From the NCBI RefSeq assembly GCF_006345805.1, contig NC_043001.1:39742001-39806000 (forward strand): 64,000 nt of DNA, read 5' to 3'. Under the pieces are notes generated by a model, which saw only the letters and a list, made by a program, of their open reading frames with translations, searched no databases and had not been told where the DNA came from. Every line of letters starts with the position of its first letter. Within the stretch, counting starts at the first letter, position 1. The position numbers were made by a program, and so were the translations under genes. This stretch comes from Octopus sinensis. Taxonomy: Eukaryota. This document shows, piece by piece, positions 62,201-64,000 of the stretch.

Positions 62201-63126
62201 TTAGAGCCATTGTTGAGACAAGTAAAGAAGTTCGGTGTCATTAAAACTGATAGTTGTGTAAAGAAAGAAAAACTTAAAGAGGAAAAGAATGCAAAAAAAA
62301 AAAAGAAACAACCTGGCAGGAGGAAAAGAAAATCTACGGTCAGTTTGCAAGAGATACGAATGCCAAGACAGATACAGAAGATCAATGGCTATGGATAAGG
62401 AGGAGTGATCTGAAAATAGACAGAAGCACTTATATGTGCAGCACAAGAACAAGTGTTAAGGACAAACTATGTGAAGTACAGAATCAACAACACTATCAAC
62501 AGTGACAAATGCAGAATGTGTGGTGAGAGGGATGAAATAGTATGACGCATCAATAGTGAATGCCCAAAATTGGCATAATGCAAACACAAAAGACATGACA
62601 ATGTGGCAAAAATGATACATTGGGATCTCTGTGTAAATCACAGCCTACAAAGAGCAAGAAAAATTGAAAAATCCTGAGATGCAATGATTCTGTGTGATCA
62701 TCTGACCAAATAACAGAAACTAGACATTGTCGTGGTGAACAAAAAAGAAAGAACATGCATGATAATTGACATAGCATGTCCCAGTGACAACAGGGTCAAA
62801 GAGTAAGAAAAAAGTATTGAACAAGTACAATGATTTGAAGTGGGAAATATGAAGGTTGTGGTCAATGAGGAGAGTAGACACGATACCAATAGTAACTGGT
62901 GCATTTGAGGTATTGGTAACATGACTCAAAAAGATTGGTACAAATGTAAAGGTAGAACATCTACAAAAATTAGCATTGCCTGGAACTGCAAGAAATCTTC
63001 ACAAGTTTTTTTAAGCATGACCAGTAAACAAGTGTCACCTTAGTCTGCTGGTTGTGGACAGCTGACATTTTCCATCACACCCAACAAAATAAGTTGAGAG
63101 TTTTCATCAAATAAAAATACTATGAT
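62201..63126 (+). mobile_element. R4/Dong-clade non-LTR element, degraded 3' part
   Basis: ALICAAQEQVLRTN, CRMCGERDE...ECPKLA (CCHC), LDIVVVNKKERTCMIIDIACP (RLE), LQKLALPGTARNL. Confidence 0.85.
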
Positions 63127-64000
63127 AAGAGCCACATCCATCTGTCTGTCTCTCTATCCATCCGTCAGTCACACTTTTCTTCAATATTAAGATAGAAAGA
63201 AATTCAAGTAGTTTTTGGAAGAAATTCAAGCAGTTAACTTGAAAGAATGGTATCACATATACTAAAATTAAATAATTCTGTTTAAATGGGAGAGAAAGAG
63301 AACGAGTGAGAGAGAGAGAGAGAGAGAGTGAGTGGTGACTGAAAGGAAGAGAGGAAGAATTTTTATCAGTATTTTCAGAGTAGACTGATACATACAAAGA
63401 AAATAGATACATAGATAATAAAAAAAGTAGATACATACACACATTGTTAAATTAAAAGTAAGAGAGAGGAGGGACACAGAGAAAGTGAGAGAGAAAGAGG
63501 GAACGTGAGAGAGAAAGTGAGAGAGACAGTAGATACATAGATGACATGAAAAAAATAGTTGGTACACAGATACATAGAGTCAGATTGCAGTATTTTAACT
63601 GTGGGGGACATTGGGGACTCTTTTCTCTTATCTGTTGCTCTTTCAGCAATTGATACTCCAACAAAATATCTATGCAGTCGCCCGACTTGCGACAAAAAAC
63701 AACCAAATCTCCCCTCCTGTGTTAGTGTATCTCAGGCAACGTGATTGAATTTTAATAAGACAGCAGGGTAACGCCATTGGTAGGAAAGGAAGGAAGATGA
63801 GAGAAAATGAAATAAAATAACTATTTAAAATACGATAAAGCTAGGAGTACAAGGAGGTGGATAGGTATTAAATATTTTTGAGATCCACAGATACGAAAGC
63901 TTTAAAGGTTCATGGATATCAAAGTCTGAAAGTTAAAGGACATTTGGAAGGTAATTCTATTTAATTTTATTATTACCTGTAGGTTTTAAAAAACATTTGC

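Noticed and set aside
51500-64000. Upstream (signal peptide or further Ig) exons of the receptor
   Set aside because: None found by eye; the region is mostly TEs and the 5' exons probably lie beyond the window.

Overview
AT-rich, microsatellite- and transposon-dense animal DNA. The repeat families look like those of a coleoid cephalopod (Octopus-like; inferred from recall, not searched). Most of the window (1024-51457) is spanned by one minus-strand gene that the ORF track largely misses. It has two Ig-domain exons (one ending at a GC donor), a 99-nt transmembrane exon, a frame-coupled 19+17-nt micro-exon pair, and a cytoplasmic tail built from tandemly duplicated 42-nt phase-1 exons carrying tyrosine motifs (YATL, YATI, YVNI) plus a 60-nt YLEM exon; one further 42-nt copy is dead. 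The gene's 26-kb intron holds a young ~489-bp tandem/inverted repeat array (25491-27331) with four complete type I hammerhead ribozymes that have an unusually long loop II, i.e. a retrozyme-like element. Other elements: an intact Gypsy LTR retrotransposon with a -1 frameshift signal and a non-canonical PBS, an intact mariner transposase nested in an RTE LINE, a Penelope element with a minimal hammerhead, an RT-less Gypsy with near-identical LTRs nested in an older Gypsy, Tc1, R4/Dong, BovB-like RTE, Helitron, MITE and SINE copies. All calls were made by eye from the sequence; no database search or folding program was run.
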